Source of the DNA: Spirochaetia bacterium
GTDB lineage: Bacteria; Spirochaetota; Spirochaetia; SZUA-6; Bin103
Direction of reading: 5' to 3'
Length of the DNA stretch: 64,000 nucleotides
Assembly (NCBI GenBank): GCA_965199955.1
Contig: CBDATQ010000001.1
Coordinates: 1,664,001-1,728,000, forward strand
Shown here: in pieces, positions 38,768-49,813 of the stretch
Layout of the letters: each line of letters opens with the position of its first letter
Position numbering within the stretch: position 1 is the first letter of the stretch
Program-made: the position numbers and the translations under genes
The notes under the pieces: generated by a model
The model's input: only the letters and a program-made list of their open reading frames with translations
Databases searched by the model: none
Told to the model about the DNA's origin: nothing

Positions 38768-39783
38768 TCAGTCCGGCGTTGCCAGCCACTCGGGGCGTAA
38801 CGGCACGCCGACCACTTCGACGTCGCTCTCGGTCGGCACCTTCCTGGCCAGCATCCGGCTGCCGATGCGGGCGAGCTCCGCCGCCTGCTCGTCGGAGAGG
38901 GCCGGGCGATCCGCAACGCCCACGTCGGCTTCGAGCTCCGCCACGTTGCGCGGTCCCGGGATCACGCAGGTCACCCGCGGGTCGTGCAGCAGGTACAGCA
39001 GCGCCAGCTCGTACAGCTCAAGCCCGGTGTCACGCATCAAGCGCTCCAGGATCCCGACCGCTTCGTCGAGCGGGACCGCACCCAGGTAGGTCGCTGAGCG
39101 GCAGGTCTCCAGGCTCACCAGGCGGCCGCCGCCGATCGGATTGGCGATGACGGTGGCCACGCCGCGTTCCTCGGCGAGCGGCAGCAGGGTGAGCGGCGCC
39201 ACGTGGCTGGTGATGTTGTAGTGGCTGGCGATCTCCACCACGTCCAGCGGGAAGCGGCGCACGGCCTCCGCCAGGAACACGGAGTTGTGGTTGGTGGCGC
39301 CGATGTACCGGCACGCTCCCTGCTCCTTGAGCTCCAGCAGCGCCTCGAATGCCATCCCGGGCTCGTACATCGCGCGCCACTCCGCCGTCTGGCGGGGGAT
39401 GTCGCGCGGCGAGGCGAAGCCGTGGACCTGCAGCGCGAACACCTCGTCGCGGCGCAACGCGCGCAAGGTCCGGTCGAACACCGGCAGTACCGACTCGCGG
39501 CGGTAGTCTCCGAGGCGCTCGCCCGGCGGGCCGGACAGCTTGGCGCCGATCAGCACCTCGTCGGCGCCCAGGTGGCCGAAGGCCAGGCCGAGCAGCTCGT
39601 CGCATTCGCCGTCGCCGTACATCGGCGCGGTGTCGAAGAAGCGCACTCCCAGCTCGTAGGCGCGCTGCAGGGTGGCGAGCGCGGTGTCGCGGTCCACCCC
39701 CGGTCGGCGGTCAGGTTGTAGCAGCCCAGGCCGATCTCCGGGATCTGCATCTCGGCCCGCCCGAAGCGGCGCATACGGATCAT
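38768..39783 (-). CDS. Aldo/keto reductase, 1-nt frameshift in a G-run near 39700
   Basis: MIRMRRFGRAEMQIPEIGLGC then FFDTAPMYG..IGAKL..VIPGPRNVAEL. Confidence 0.85.
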
Positions 39784-39793
39784 CGGCTGTGGA

Positions 39794-40597
39794 TCAGCGT
39801 GGGGCGACCCAGCGGACCGCGTTGGCGAGCAGGCGGCGCACAGCCGGCGCCGCGTACACCGGGCAGTCCTCGTGGCCGGGCTGCAGGTACACTACTCGCC
39901 CGGCGCCCACCTCGCGCGCCCATCCGAACGGCGAGGCGTGTTCCTGCCAGCGGCCGCGCAGCAGGTGGGTGACGTCGGACGCGACCTCAAGCGGCTCGAA
40001 GTAGATCTCGTCCCGGATCGTGAAGTCGCCGACCCCATCCGTGACTGGATGGTTGCAGAGCACTTCGACGTCGATCGGTACTCCCTCGCGCACCTTGCCG
40101 ATGCCGGAAACGGCGCCCGTCAGCCCGGTGATCTGAGGGTAGGCGTGATGGTTCCAGACGCTGTGCAGGGCCACCAGCCCGAGGCGGCCGGCGCGGACCA
40201 GCTCGCCCACCGCCGCGTCCCACGCGGGCGGCGGTCCGCCGTGCGCCCAGGCGACGAATACCTGGTAGCGGTCCAGGCGGTTCAGCTCCTCGATCTCGCC
40301 GGCGTCCGGGAACGCCGTCTCCAGGCGGGCGCGACCCGGGTTGAGGCCGAACTGGTGCCCGTCCACGTAGGTGAACCGCTTCGCATCGCCGGTCCACGTC
40401 GTCAGCGCTTCCAGCTCCGACTCGCGATCGACGCCGAAGCCGTGCACGCCGATTGCGCGGACGCCGCTGATCTCGTTCAGAGCCGAGGCGAGGGAGAGTC
40501 CGATGCCATCCGGATAGAGCCGACAGTGCTCCAGCCATTGCTCGTGACTCCGAAACCCCGCCCGTCCCGACCACGCGAGCGCCCGGATCGTGCCCAT
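39794..40597 (-). CDS. ThuA-like (class I glutamine amidotransferase fold) protein
   Basis: GLVALH, HPVTDGVGDFTIRDEIY, GWAREVGAGRVVYLQPGH. Confidence 0.75.
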   Translation of the reverse strand: MGTIRALAWSGRAGFRSHEQWLEHCRLYPDGIGLSLASALNEISGVRAIGVHGFGVDRESELEALTTWTGDAKRFTYVDGHQFGLNPGRARLETAFPDAGEIEELNRLDRYQVFVAWAHGGPPPAWDAAVGELVRAGRLGLVALHSVWNHHAYPQITGLTGAVSGIGKVREGVPIDVEVLCNHPVTDGVGDFTIRDEIYFEPLEVASDVTHLLRGRWQEHASPFGWAREVGAGRVVYLQPGHEDCPVYAAPAVRRLLANAVRWVAPR

Positions 40598-40711
40598 CGC
40601 CCGGCCAGCGTAGCATGCGAACCACGCGGTCCTGTGCGGCTGTCGGCGGGCTGTCCTTTCCGATCAAGTCGTGCAGACGCTCTTAGCGGCGATGGACGAC
40701 CTCTGCGCACC

Positions 40712-41920
40712 CTACGTCAGCAGATCGGCGCCCAGTAGGAACTCCTCCAGCGACCGGTGTCTGACCCCGGCGAAATCGGACGGCTGGTGCCGGTCGAGCG
40801 ACAGCAGCACGCGCGGGTAGGCGTCATCCAGCGTCGAGAAGGCGGTCAGTTCCCGTTCGATGGTCGCCTGTGACTCGAGCAGATAGGCTACCTGGACGTA
40901 GACGATGCTCCGCCGGTCCTGGGCGACGAAGTCGATTTCCCTGCCGCCGGCCGATCCCACCGTCACGTCGTAGCCGCGGCGCCGGAGCTCCAGGTACACG
41001 AGGTTCTCCAGCAGGCCGCCGATATCGGCGTCCCGGTACCCGATGGTGCCGTTCCGGAGCCCCACGTCGCCCAGGTAGTACTTGTGGTTCACGGCCAGCC
41101 TCTTCTTCCCCTTGAGATCGAATCGACCGACGGCGCTGACCAGAAAGGCTTCCTCCAGGTGGGCAAGGTAGCTGAGAACGGTGTCGACCGAGGTCGACCG
41201 CCGCTGGCTCTTCAGGAAGTCGGCGATGCGCTTGGCCGACACCAGGCTGCCGATGTTGTCCATCGCGAACCGCGTCACCGCCTCGAACAGCGAGACGTTG
41301 CGGATCTGGTGCCGGCGGATAATGTCCTTGACGGCGATGGTGTTGAAGATGTCCTGCAGCATCTGGGCCAGGACCAGGTCGCTGAGATCGGTGTGCATGA
41401 GACCTGGCAGTCCTCCGTGGCGGAGGTAGCGTTGCAGCAGCGCATCGGTGTCCAGGTCGTCGCCGCGCAGACGATGCAACTCGCCCAGCTCGGCCAGCGT
41501 GAGCGGGAATACCTGCAGGGTTACGTAGCGGCCTGCGATGCGCGTGGCAAGCTCGCCGGCGAGCAGCGACGCGTTGGATCCCGAGATGATCACCTTGGTG
41601 TGTTCGCGGCTGTTCAGCGCCGCGGCCGCCCGTTCCCAGCCGTCGATCTGCTGGACCTCGTCGACGATCACCGCGCGGGGTTCGCCGGCACGGGATCTGC
41701 TTTCTACGTAATCGACCAGGTTTCGCGCCGTGCGGATGTCATCGAATTCCAAAGACTCCTTGTCCACGTAGACGACCTGGCGCTCCGGGCGGAGGGTGTT
41801 CGCGAACTGGCTCAGGAGCACGCTCTTGCCCACGCGCCGCAGCCCCACGACGGCGATGATTGCGGGAGCGGTGAGAAACTGCCGCAGGCGGTCCAGGTAG
41901 AACGTCCTGGCGATCTCCAT
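40712..41920 (-). CDS. AAA_14/DUF4143 ATP-binding protein (intact)
   Basis: GLRRVGKS, VDEVQ, SGSNA, KYYLGDVG, ENLVYLEL, EIDFVA, YVQVAY. Confidence 0.92.
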   Translation of the reverse strand: MEIARTFYLDRLRQFLTAPAIIAVVGLRRVGKSVLLSQFANTLRPERQVVYVDKESLEFDDIRTARNLVDYVESRSRAGEPRAVIVDEVQQIDGWERAAAALNSREHTKVIISGSNASLLAGELATRIAGRYVTLQVFPLTLAELGELHRLRGDDLDTDALLQRYLRHGGLPGLMHTDLSDLVLAQMLQDIFNTIAVKDIIRRHQIRNVSLFEAVTRFAMDNIGSLVSAKRIADFLKSQRRSTSVDTVLSYLAHLEEAFLVSAVGRFDLKGKKRLAVNHKYYLGDVGLRNGTIGYRDADIGGLLENLVYLELRRRGYDVTVGSAGGREIDFVAQDRRSIVYVQVAYLLESQATIERELTAFSTLDDAYPRVLLSLDRHQPSDFAGVRHRSLEEFLLGADLLT

Positions 41921-42013
41921 GAATTTCGATTGTACTCGAAGTTATCATGATTCGCGAGACAATTTCGATCACGTCAGAAATTAACTGAGCCGATTCCGAA
42001 CAGTCGAAGTCGG

Positions 42014-42844
42014 TTATCGGCTCCGGATCGCTCGGAAGGCCTTCATCTGCTCGGTGATCGCCACCTCGGTCGGCAGGCGCTCGACGCTGGAGGCGCCGTA
42101 GAAGCCGTCCACCCCCTCGGTGCGCTGCAATACGTACTCCGCGTCCTCGGGCATGGCGATCGGGCCGCCGTGGCACAGGACGATGACGTCGTCCCGCGCC
42201 GCCCGCGCGGCGTCGGCGATCGTCTGGATGCGGGCTGGGCACTCCGGGAGCTCCAGCGCCGTCTCCGCGCCGATCGTTCCCTTGGTGGTCAGGCCCATGT
42301 GGGCGACTACCACGTCCGCTCCCGCCTTGGCCATGGCGGCGCCCTCGTCCGCATCGAACGCATAGGGCGAGGTGAACAGGTCCAGCTCGCGCGCCAGGCG
42401 GACCGTCTCCACCTCCAGCGCATAGCCCATGCCGGTCTCCTCCAGGTTCGCGCGGAACAGGCCGTCGATCAGGCCCACGGTCGGGAAGTTCTGCACGCCG
42501 GAGAAGCCGGCGTCGCGGACCTGGCGCAGGAATCGGTCCATCAGGCGCGTCGGGTCGGTGCCGCAGACGCCGGCCAGCACCGGCGTATCGGGCACCACCG
42601 GCAGCACGTCGCCGGCCATCTCCATCACGATCGCGTTGGCGTCGCCGTATGGCATGCAGCCGGCCAGCGATCCGCGCCCGTTCATGCGGAAGCGCCCGGA
42701 GTTGTAGATCACCAGCAGGTCGACGCCGCCGGCCTCCTGGCACTTGGCGCTGATGCCGTTGCCGGCGCCGCCGCCGATGATCGGCTGTCCGGCGGCCGCG
42801 CGGCCGCGCAGCCGCTTCAGGATCTGCTGCCTGGTGAATGCCAT
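42014..42844 (-). CDS. Phosphoenolpyruvate-hydrolase-like TIM-barrel protein
   Basis: [53 protein letters not shown]. Confidence 0.92.
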   Translation of the reverse strand: MAFTRQQILKRLRGRAAAGQPIIGGGAGNGISAKCQEAGGVDLLVIYNSGRFRMNGRGSLAGCMPYGDANAIVMEMAGDVLPVVPDTPVLAGVCGTDPTRLMDRFLRQVRDAGFSGVQNFPTVGLIDGLFRANLEETGMGYALEVETVRLARELDLFTSPYAFDADEGAAMAKAGADVVVAHMGLTTKGTIGAETALELPECPARIQTIADAARAARDDVIVLCHGGPIAMPEDAEYVLQRTEGVDGFYGASSVERLPTEVAITEQMKAFRAIRSR

Positions 42845-42845
42845 G

Positions 42846-44069
42846 CTATCCCCTCCCGCGGGCGGCCAGGTCGAGCATCATCGCCACCGCCCGGTCGGCG
42901 AAGGCGGCGTCGTTGATGTTGGCGTCCAGCTCTTCCACGACGATGTCGTCCCGCAGGCCCGCCTTGACCGCCTGCAGGAACGCCGCGTCGGCCGCGCGGT
43001 CGCAGAACGGCTGCCCGTCGCCGTCCAGGATGGAGACCCCCCGCAGCGGGACCAGAAACGCGACCGGGCCGGCGGCGGCGTTGGCCTTGCGCGCGAACAC
43101 CTCGCCCATCCGCCGGTTCTCCTCGGCATCGGTTCGCATCAGGGTCACCGACGGGTTCCATTCGTAGAAGGTGCGGGCCGCCTGCCGGTAGCGCTCCGGG
43201 ACGGTGTCCATGGCGCCGAAGTTGGCCATGTCCACGCAACCGGGGACGATCAGGTGGGGAACCCCCATCCGCCCCGGCGCGTCCAGCCGCTCGGGGCCGG
43301 CGTCGAACACGCCCCCGCAGACGGTGTCCGCCCACTCGGTGGTGGTGATGTCGAGCACGGCGTCGACCAGCCCGTCGCGCACCAGGCTCTCCATCGTGCG
43401 CCCGCCGGTGCCGGTGGCGTGGAAGACCAGCACCTCGTAGCCCTGCGCGGTGAGCCGCTCCCGGCAGGCATCCACGCACTCGGTGGTGTTGCCGAACATC
43501 GACGCGGCGATCACCGGCCGGTCCGCCGCATCGGCCGGGGGCGACGCCTCCGCCATCGCGCACACCGCGGCGGCGGCCCGCGTCAGCACGATGCGTGAGA
43601 TGCGGTTGATGCCGGCCACGTCGACGATCGACGGGATCATCGTGATCCCGCGGGTGCCGAGGTAGGGGCCGACGTCCCCGGCGGCGGCGGTGGAGACGCA
43701 CATGGTCGGCACGGACAGCGGCAGCGCCCGCATGGCCGCCGTGACCACCGTGGTGCCGCCGGTCCCGCCCATGCCGAGCACGGCGTCGATGCGGCCGCCC
43801 TCGTGGAGCCGGGCGATTACGACCGGAGCGCCGGCGGTCATGACCCGCATCGCCTCGCCGCGGTCGCGCCGCTCGCGCAGCGGCTCCAGCTCCGTGCCGC
43901 CCGCTCGGGCGACCTCGTTCGCCTCCACGTCGACGCCGAACAGGTCGGTGGAGCCCAGCACGCCGGTGTTGACGGTGAGCACGCCGTGACCGCGCTCCCG
44001 GATGCGGTCGCGGACGAAGGCGTACTCCGTTCCCTTGGTGTCGAACGCTCCGATCAGGCAGATCGTCAT
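42846..44069 (-). CDS. Tm-1-like ATP-binding domain protein (UPF0261)
   Basis: [48 protein letters not shown]. Confidence 0.92.
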   Translation of the reverse strand: MTICLIGAFDTKGTEYAFVRDRIRERGHGVLTVNTGVLGSTDLFGVDVEANEVARAGGTELEPLRERRDRGEAMRVMTAGAPVVIARLHEGGRIDAVLGMGGTGGTTVVTAAMRALPLSVPTMCVSTAAAGDVGPYLGTRGITMIPSIVDVAGINRISRIVLTRAAAAVCAMAEASPPADAADRPVIAASMFGNTTECVDACRERLTAQGYEVLVFHATGTGGRTMESLVRDGLVDAVLDITTTEWADTVCGGVFDAGPERLDAPGRMGVPHLIVPGCVDMANFGAMDTVPERYRQAARTFYEWNPSVTLMRTDAEENRRMGEVFARKANAAAGPVAFLVPLRGVSILDGDGQPFCDRAADAAFLQAVKAGLRDDIVVEELDANINDAAFADRAVAMMLDLAARGRG

Positions 44070-44289
44070 CGATTTCCTCCTTGTGCCGCCACGATCTCGC
44101 CGCGGCGCCGGACGGCGGCGTCTAGGCGGCGGCGAACGGGTATCCGAGCCAGAAGGGCGGCGGCTCCACCGCCCGCGTACACCAGCACCGCCGGCTTTCG
44201 CAGTCGCCGCCGGTGGTACGCTTCGGCCAGCGTGCGCGCACGGTGCGCGCGGGCGGTGCGGAGATCGCCGTTCATCGTTCGAGCCGCCG

Positions 44290-44520
44290 TCATGGTACAT
44301 CGCCGCCGCGCAGGCCGGTGGCGACAAAGCGTTCCCACGCTTCTCGCGGGGATGACACGACCACCGGCCCGCGGCAACCGACCGGGAAGTGACGCAGGGT
44401 TCCGGTCACCAGCGTCCGCGCAGAAGTCTGCAGCGCGACCTCCAGGAACATCACGTCGTCCTGGTCGGGCGGTGCCGAGCCTGACCAGGGCGAGGCGGTA
44501 CAGTTGTACGACGAATCGCT
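44290..44520 (-). pseudogene. C-terminal remnant of a PIN-domain toxin
   Basis: PDQDDVMFLEVAL..LVTGTLRHFP..SPRE; the N-terminal D-T-N motif is absent. Confidence 0.65.
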
Positions 44521-44525
44521 GAGCG

Positions 44526-46351
44526 TCAAGGGGAGCGGGCGCAGTCCGATCGGCGCACGGAAAGCGCGGTGACGCTCAACGCCGGCAGCTCGCAGTCGAG
44601 CATCGGGCCCGCACCGGCGGCCGGCATCATCAGGGTCCTGACCCGTTCCGGGTCGTCGAAGGAGTTCATCGCGTCGGCGCTGCCGGCGTGCCGGGTGTCG
44701 GCCACCTGCCAGGCGTCCGCCGGGCCGGGATCGGGCGCCACCGCCGACACGTCGATCGTGCAGCGTCGTTCACGGTCGCTGTCGTTGACCACATGGACGA
44801 TCAGGTCTTCGCCGTCTTCCGTCAGTGCGGCGCTCACGTCCGGGGCCGTTGCCGATGTCCGGCACGCGAGCGGCAGCGGCCGCCCAGCGTGGCGTAGAGT
44901 TGCTGCACGTAGTAGATGGGCCGGCAGTACAGGCGGCTTGCGTCGGTCTCGATCGCGCCGCCGCAGAAACTGTCGGCCAGGTTCGACCGGCAGGCGATCT
45001 CCACCAGCGCGGCGTTGCGGTGCAGCAGGTGGTGGAAGCGCGCGCAGGCCAGCGCGTTGCCGAGCGTCATCAGCTCGCCGCGGCGCGGCCCCCAGTCGGG
45101 GTTGGAGGCATTCCACTCCGTGATCGCGACCCTCAGGCCGGAGTCTGGGCGCTGCGGCGCATGGCGGGCGATGAGCGTCTCCAGGCCGCTGAGCTCGGCG
45201 GCGCAGCGCTGCAGGTCGGCGCCGTGGTAGAGGTGCGGGCAGGTGTAGCTGAGGTCCGCACCGGCGCCGGCCAGCACGCCCGCGGTGGGGTTGGAGGAGA
45301 GCAGCCGGATGCCCGGATCGGCGGCGAGCATGGCGCGGCAGAACGCCGGCAGGCCGCGCTCGTACGCCTCACCGCGGACCTCGTTGCCGATCTGCCAGTA
45401 GCGCACGCCGTGCGGCGCCGGCCTGCCCAGCGCGGCGCGCCGGGCGCCCCAGCCGGCGTCCGCGTCCCTGTTGCAGTACTGGACCAGCTCCGCGGCGTCG
45501 GCGGGCCGCCGGTCGCTGAAGCGGACGCACATCAGCGGCTCCGCGTCGATTGCCCGGCACAGGTCCAGGAACTCGTCCACGCCCACGTTACCCGGCTGCG
45601 TGCTGCCGCCGGCGTCGCAAAACGGGGCGCGCCGGTCCGGCGGCACGGTGCCGTCCTTCCACTCGAAGTGCTTGCGGATCGTCGTGCCGCCGAACCGCAG
45701 CATGCCGGGGCGCAGGGCGCGCAGCGCCGCGACGAAGTCGGGGCGCCACCCGTCGACGGTGTCGGTGCCGGTGAGGCTGGCGGCGTCCAGCCACAGCGTG
45801 CCGGGACCGCGGGTGACGATCTCCAGCGAGGCGTCGGAGGCGTCGTCCTCGGCGCAGAGCTCGCACGCAAGCCGCGACCAGTCCGTGCCCACCGCGTCGA
45901 AGCGCCGGGCGGCCAGCACGCGGCCGGCGGCGGCCAGGCGGACGGTCACGCCGGCGGTCAGGCCGCGGCCGCGGGCGGACACGGCGAAGCGATAGCGCGC
46001 GCCGGCGCGGACGGCGATCCCCGGTTGCGCCACTCCCGCCGGCACGGGGTCGTGACCGCGGATGGTGATCCTGGCGCAGCGCGAGCCGGCGTAAGGGGCC
46101 GCGGTGTCCAGGTCGAACGAGCCGCGGTGCACGGCCCCGGTCAGCCGCCACGGACTGGGCTGCCGGTCGGCGCCCGGCAGGAAGTGGGCGGCGCACGGCA
46201 CGATGCCCTCGAAGCCGGGGTCGTCCAGCTTCTCTCCGTACAGCGACGGCACCAGCTCGCACAGGTACTCGAAGAGCTGCCCGTAGTGGAACGGGCCGAT
46301 CCACCCCGGCAGGCGGTCGGCGGTGACCGTGACCCGGCAGTCCGGCGTCAT
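44526..46351 (-). CDS. GH51 alpha-L-arabinofuranosidase-like protein, frameshift near 44880
   Basis: YGQLFE, LRFGG, GVDEFLDLC, WQIGNE, ITEWN; C-terminal domain (DVSAAL..IVHVVN..NSFDDPERV..LPALSVT) lies in another frame. Confidence 0.8.
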
Positions 46352-46357
46352 CGGCCG

Positions 46358-48667
46358 CTATGGCGCGAGGGTGAGCTCCACCACCTCATGCAGCACCACC
46401 GCGGGAACGACGACGGTCCCGTCCGTGACCTGCAGCTCGCGTCCGGAGAGCGGGAGCCGCGCGCGGGCGATCCGGCCTTCGTGCAGCGTGATCGTGACGT
46501 CCCGGAACTCGGTCGGCGGATCCAGCGCGCCCCAGGTCTGCACGTCCGGGTGCTGGCGGTCCCACGGGAGCAGCGGCAGCATCCGCTCATACAGGTGGAC
46601 GTCGATGCGCGAGCCGTCGCCGCCGTCACCGGGGGCGCGGGTGCGTGCGGCTGCCAGCAGGCGTGGCGGCGCGTCGATCGTCAGGGACAGATCGGCCCGC
46701 CGGACCACGTCGGCGAACAGCGCGGCGAGCCGCGGCACCGGGTGGCCGCAGAAGGCGGCGCCCACGTCTCCGGAGACGTAGATGGCGAGCCCGCGGCCGT
46801 GCCGATGCGCAGTGATTGCCGGGTGGCCGGAGTCGAGCCGGTCCGTGTCGGATTCGTCGACGGCGGCGCCGAGCGGATGCAGCACCAGCGAGTGGTACAC
46901 CGACAGTGTCGCCAGCGTGTCGACGGCGCCCGGCGTCGACACCTCCGTGTGCTGGCCGTCGAAGCCGATCCAGGCGCCGTGCCGGGTCAGGGGGTCGTGC
47001 AGCACGTAGATGCTGCCGCCGTCGCCGCCGGCGTCGTAGGTGCCGCGATAGCGCAGGCCGAAGGCCTCGCACAGGCCGAAGTCGTCCCTGCGGTCGCCCC
47101 ACTCGTCGGCCAGCGACGTCTGGTAGGTGGCCACCAGCGTGCCCCCGTCCGCCACCCATGCGTTGATCGCCGCGCACTCGGCGTCGGACAGGCACACCGA
47201 GTCGGGCAGCACCAGCGCGCGGTAGCCGGCGAGGCCCTCGGGGGTCAGCCCGTCGTCGAACAGCACGTCGAACGGGATGTGGCTGCGCTCCAGCATCTCG
47301 GCCACGCCCGCCCACTGCTTCCAGTAGCGGTCGGAGCCCTCGCATTCCTGCGCCAGCTCGCGCAGCGCCGGCGCCACGACCGGCCCCTGCGCGAGAGCCG
47401 CGAACTCCGGGTCGGCGTCCAGCGCCTGCCGGAACCGCTCGACCAGGTCACGGCCGACCGGCGGGTGCGCGGCGTAGTGGAAGTCGCGGGTCCGCTGCGA
47501 CAGGTGCAGCGCGCACTGCCGGAGGCTGTCGCCGCCCACGAAGGCGCGGCGGCGGGCGAGCTCCGCGAACACGAAGCGCTGCTGCTCGGGGTGGTGGTAG
47601 TCGACCGGACTCTGGACATGCACGCCGTTGGCCAGCGCGCCCAGCGTCACCCGCGCCATGTAGGTGGGCTCCTGGTAGGGCGCCCAGCCCACCGGGCCGA
47701 TCGGCTGCGGCGCGTGGCCCCAGATCTCGCAGTCGCCGCGGGCGCGGGCCACCTTGGCGGTCAGGTGCGGCCCGAGCAGCGGGTACTCGGTCTCGATGAA
47801 GAACTGCGCCCCGCCCCTGATCGGCGCCAGCTCGTTGGCGGAGGTCCAGGGGATGCGTGGCCGCGGGTAGCTGTTGAACCGCACGGTCTCGATTTCGCGG
47901 ATCGCGCGCACGCTCGAACCGATCCGGTTCTGGTACTCGCGCAGGTTGCGGTAGCGCCAGCGCACCCAGCGCTTGAAGTCCAGGCTGGCGAAGTCGACCC
48001 GTGCAGGCAGCTCGGCGCCGGCCTCCGCGCGGAACCGTTCCGCGCACCAGCGGCAGGTGCAGCCGGCCGGAAACGGAGAGGCGCCGCGCGAGCCGTAGTT
48101 GCAGTCGTCGAACCACACGCCGTCGATGTCGAAGCGGCTGACGTAGTCCTCAAGATAGTCGACCAGGAAGTCCCCGAACGGCGAGTTGTGGCACAGGAAC
48201 GAGGTGTTGGGCCGGATGGCGCGGCCGTCGGGCAGGTCGCGGATGCGCCACTCCGGGTGCAGCATGCCGACGGTTTCCCACAGATTCATGTTGAAGGTGC
48301 AGATCGCCAGGATGCCGTGCGCGTGCGCGCGGCGCAGGAACCGCTCGGCTAGGTCGTCCGGAGCGGTGTCGAAGGTCAGCGCCGACTTGAGGGGATCGGC
48401 GTACCAGGTGTGCAGGCGGTCGGAGGTGTGCCCGCCGATGCCGCCGGGCTGCGTGTACCACACCTCCATGCCCAAGTCGGCAACCCGGTCGACGAAGTCC
48501 TCGATCTCCATGCCGGCGAAGGTGCTCCAGTCGCCGGAGCCCAGGGTGCGCAGGATCACCAGGTGGAACTCCGCCCGGTTGACGCGCAGGTCCAGCGGCA
48601 TGCCCGGCAGGTCCGGGTTGGCCGGCACCGGGGTGTTCACGTGGGGTGCGCGGGGTTGATCAGCCAT
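46358..48667 (-). CDS. Glycoside-hydrolase-like TIM barrel with beta-galactosidase trimerisation domain (GHL6-like)
   Basis: HPEWR, CHNSP, FDIDGVWFD, YRALVLPDSVCLSD..WVADGGTLVATYQTS. Confidence 0.7.
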   Translation of the reverse strand: MADQPRAPHVNTPVPANPDLPGMPLDLRVNRAEFHLVILRTLGSGDWSTFAGMEIEDFVDRVADLGMEVWYTQPGGIGGHTSDRLHTWYADPLKSALTFDTAPDDLAERFLRRAHAHGILAICTFNMNLWETVGMLHPEWRIRDLPDGRAIRPNTSFLCHNSPFGDFLVDYLEDYVSRFDIDGVWFDDCNYGSRGASPFPAGCTCRWCAERFRAEAGAELPARVDFASLDFKRWVRWRYRNLREYQNRIGSSVRAIREIETVRFNSYPRPRIPWTSANELAPIRGGAQFFIETEYPLLGPHLTAKVARARGDCEIWGHAPQPIGPVGWAPYQEPTYMARVTLGALANGVHVQSPVDYHHPEQQRFVFAELARRRAFVGGDSLRQCALHLSQRTRDFHYAAHPPVGRDLVERFRQALDADPEFAALAQGPVVAPALRELAQECEGSDRYWKQWAGVAEMLERSHIPFDVLFDDGLTPEGLAGYRALVLPDSVCLSDAECAAINAWVADGGTLVATYQTSLADEWGDRRDDFGLCEAFGLRYRGTYDAGGDGGSIYVLHDPLTRHGAWIGFDGQHTEVSTPGAVDTLATLSVYHSLVLHPLGAAVDESDTDRLDSGHPAITAHRHGRGLAIYVSGDVGAAFCGHPVPRLAALFADVVRRADLSLTIDAPPRLLAAARTRAPGDGGDGSRIDVHLYERMLPLLPWDRQHPDVQTWGALDPPTEFRDVTITLHEGRIARARLPLSGRELQVTDGTVVVPAVVLHEVVELTLAP

Positions 48668-48685
48668 CGGCTCCCTCAGGCCACG

Positions 48686-49813
48686 TCATGTAAACCGGTA
48701 TCTGCTCACCGCCTCGTCCAGCACCTCGACCCCCAGGCCCGGGGCGTCACGGACGGCCAGCATACCGTCGTGCTGGACCCAGGGGTCGGCGACCAGCTCG
48801 TGCTGCATCGGCGACTCATGCGGCTTGAAGTCCATGGCCACGCCGCGGTCGGAGATCGCCATGAGGTGCACGCTGGCGGCCGTGTTCAGGGCGCTGCTCC
48901 AAGTGTGCATGCTGTAGTAAAGGTATTCGGCCTCGACCATCCGGATCACCTCCCGGCAGCCGGTGATCCCCTGGCAGCGGCCGGGATCCATCTGCACCAC
49001 GTCGACCCCGCCGGAGCGGATCAGGCGCCCGTAGCTCTCGCTGTCCCACTCGTCCTCGCCGGTGCCGACCGCGGTGCTCACGGCCGCCCGCAGCCGGGCG
49101 TGGCCCGCAAGGTCGGAGGGCAGGAGCGGCTGCTCGACCCACTTCAGCCGGTACGGCTCCAGGTCGTGAAACCGCTGAATGGCGGTCGGGACGTCCCACA
49201 GGGCGCGGGCGCCGGGGGTGTCGACCACCAGCTCCAGCTCGTCGCCGATGATGGTGCGGATGCGCTCCACCAAGGCCAGGTCGGCGGCGCGGTCCTGGCC
49301 GAACACCGCCTCCGGGCGCATGCCCCAGCCGCCCTTGACGATGCGGTAGCCCTGGTCGCGCATCCAGCGGAACTCGTCGTCCGTCCAGGCCGTGTCCTCC
49401 ATGTCGAAGATGATGGAGGCCATGGCCGGCACCTCGTCGTGGAGCCGGCTGGCGAGCAGCCGGCACACCGGCAGGCCCAGGGCCTTGCCCTTGAGGTCCC
49501 AGAGCGCCATGTCGACCGCGCTCAGGCCGAACGCGGCGATGCCCTCCGGTCCGTACCACCAAGTACGGTCCGTCATCGTGCGCCAGTGCGCCTCCACGTC
49601 CAGCGGGTCGGCGCCGACGAGCAGCGGCGCGTAGCCGCGCTCGATGATCGTGGCGGTGGCCAGCGCCGACTCCGGGAACTGCGAGATGCACTCGCCCCAG
49701 CCGGCGGTGCCGTCGTCGGCGGTCACCTTGGCAAGCGTGATGTAGCGCAGGATCCCCTTGTAGTGGGGCTCCGGGTATTGCAGCGGAAAGGCCTCGATCG
49801 ATGCGATTTTCAC
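48686..49813 (-). CDS. Mandelate racemase/muconate lactonizing enzyme family protein
   Basis: GWGE, SAVDMALWDLKGKALGLPV, WVEQP, TGE, VVQMD, PGLGVE. Confidence 0.92.
   Translation of the reverse strand: MKIASIEAFPLQYPEPHYKGILRYITLAKVTADDGTAGWGECISQFPESALATATIIERGYAPLLVGADPLDVEAHWRTMTDRTWWYGPEGIAAFGLSAVDMALWDLKGKALGLPVCRLLASRLHDEVPAMASIIFDMEDTAWTDDEFRWMRDQGYRIVKGGWGMRPEAVFGQDRAADLALVERIRTIIGDELELVVDTPGARALWDVPTAIQRFHDLEPYRLKWVEQPLLPSDLAGHARLRAAVSTAVGTGEDEWDSESYGRLIRSGGVDVVQMDPGRCQGITGCREVIRMVEAEYLYYSMHTWSSALNTAASVHLMAISDRGVAMDFKPHESPMQHELVADPWVQHDGMLAVRDAPGLGVEVLDEAVSRYRFT

Noticed and set aside
39690..39710. Programmed ribosomal frameshift in the aldo/keto reductase
   Set aside because: No canonical slippery heptamer or stimulator seen; homopolymer error is simpler
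44070..44290. N-terminal extension of the UPF0261 ORF or a separate small ORF
   Set aside because: Strong RBS at ATG 44069; upstream translations are low-complexity and unassignable
44825..48352. 1175-aa plus-strand ORF
   Set aside because: Antisense shadow of the GH51-like and GHL6-like genes; no motifs; expected in high-GC DNA
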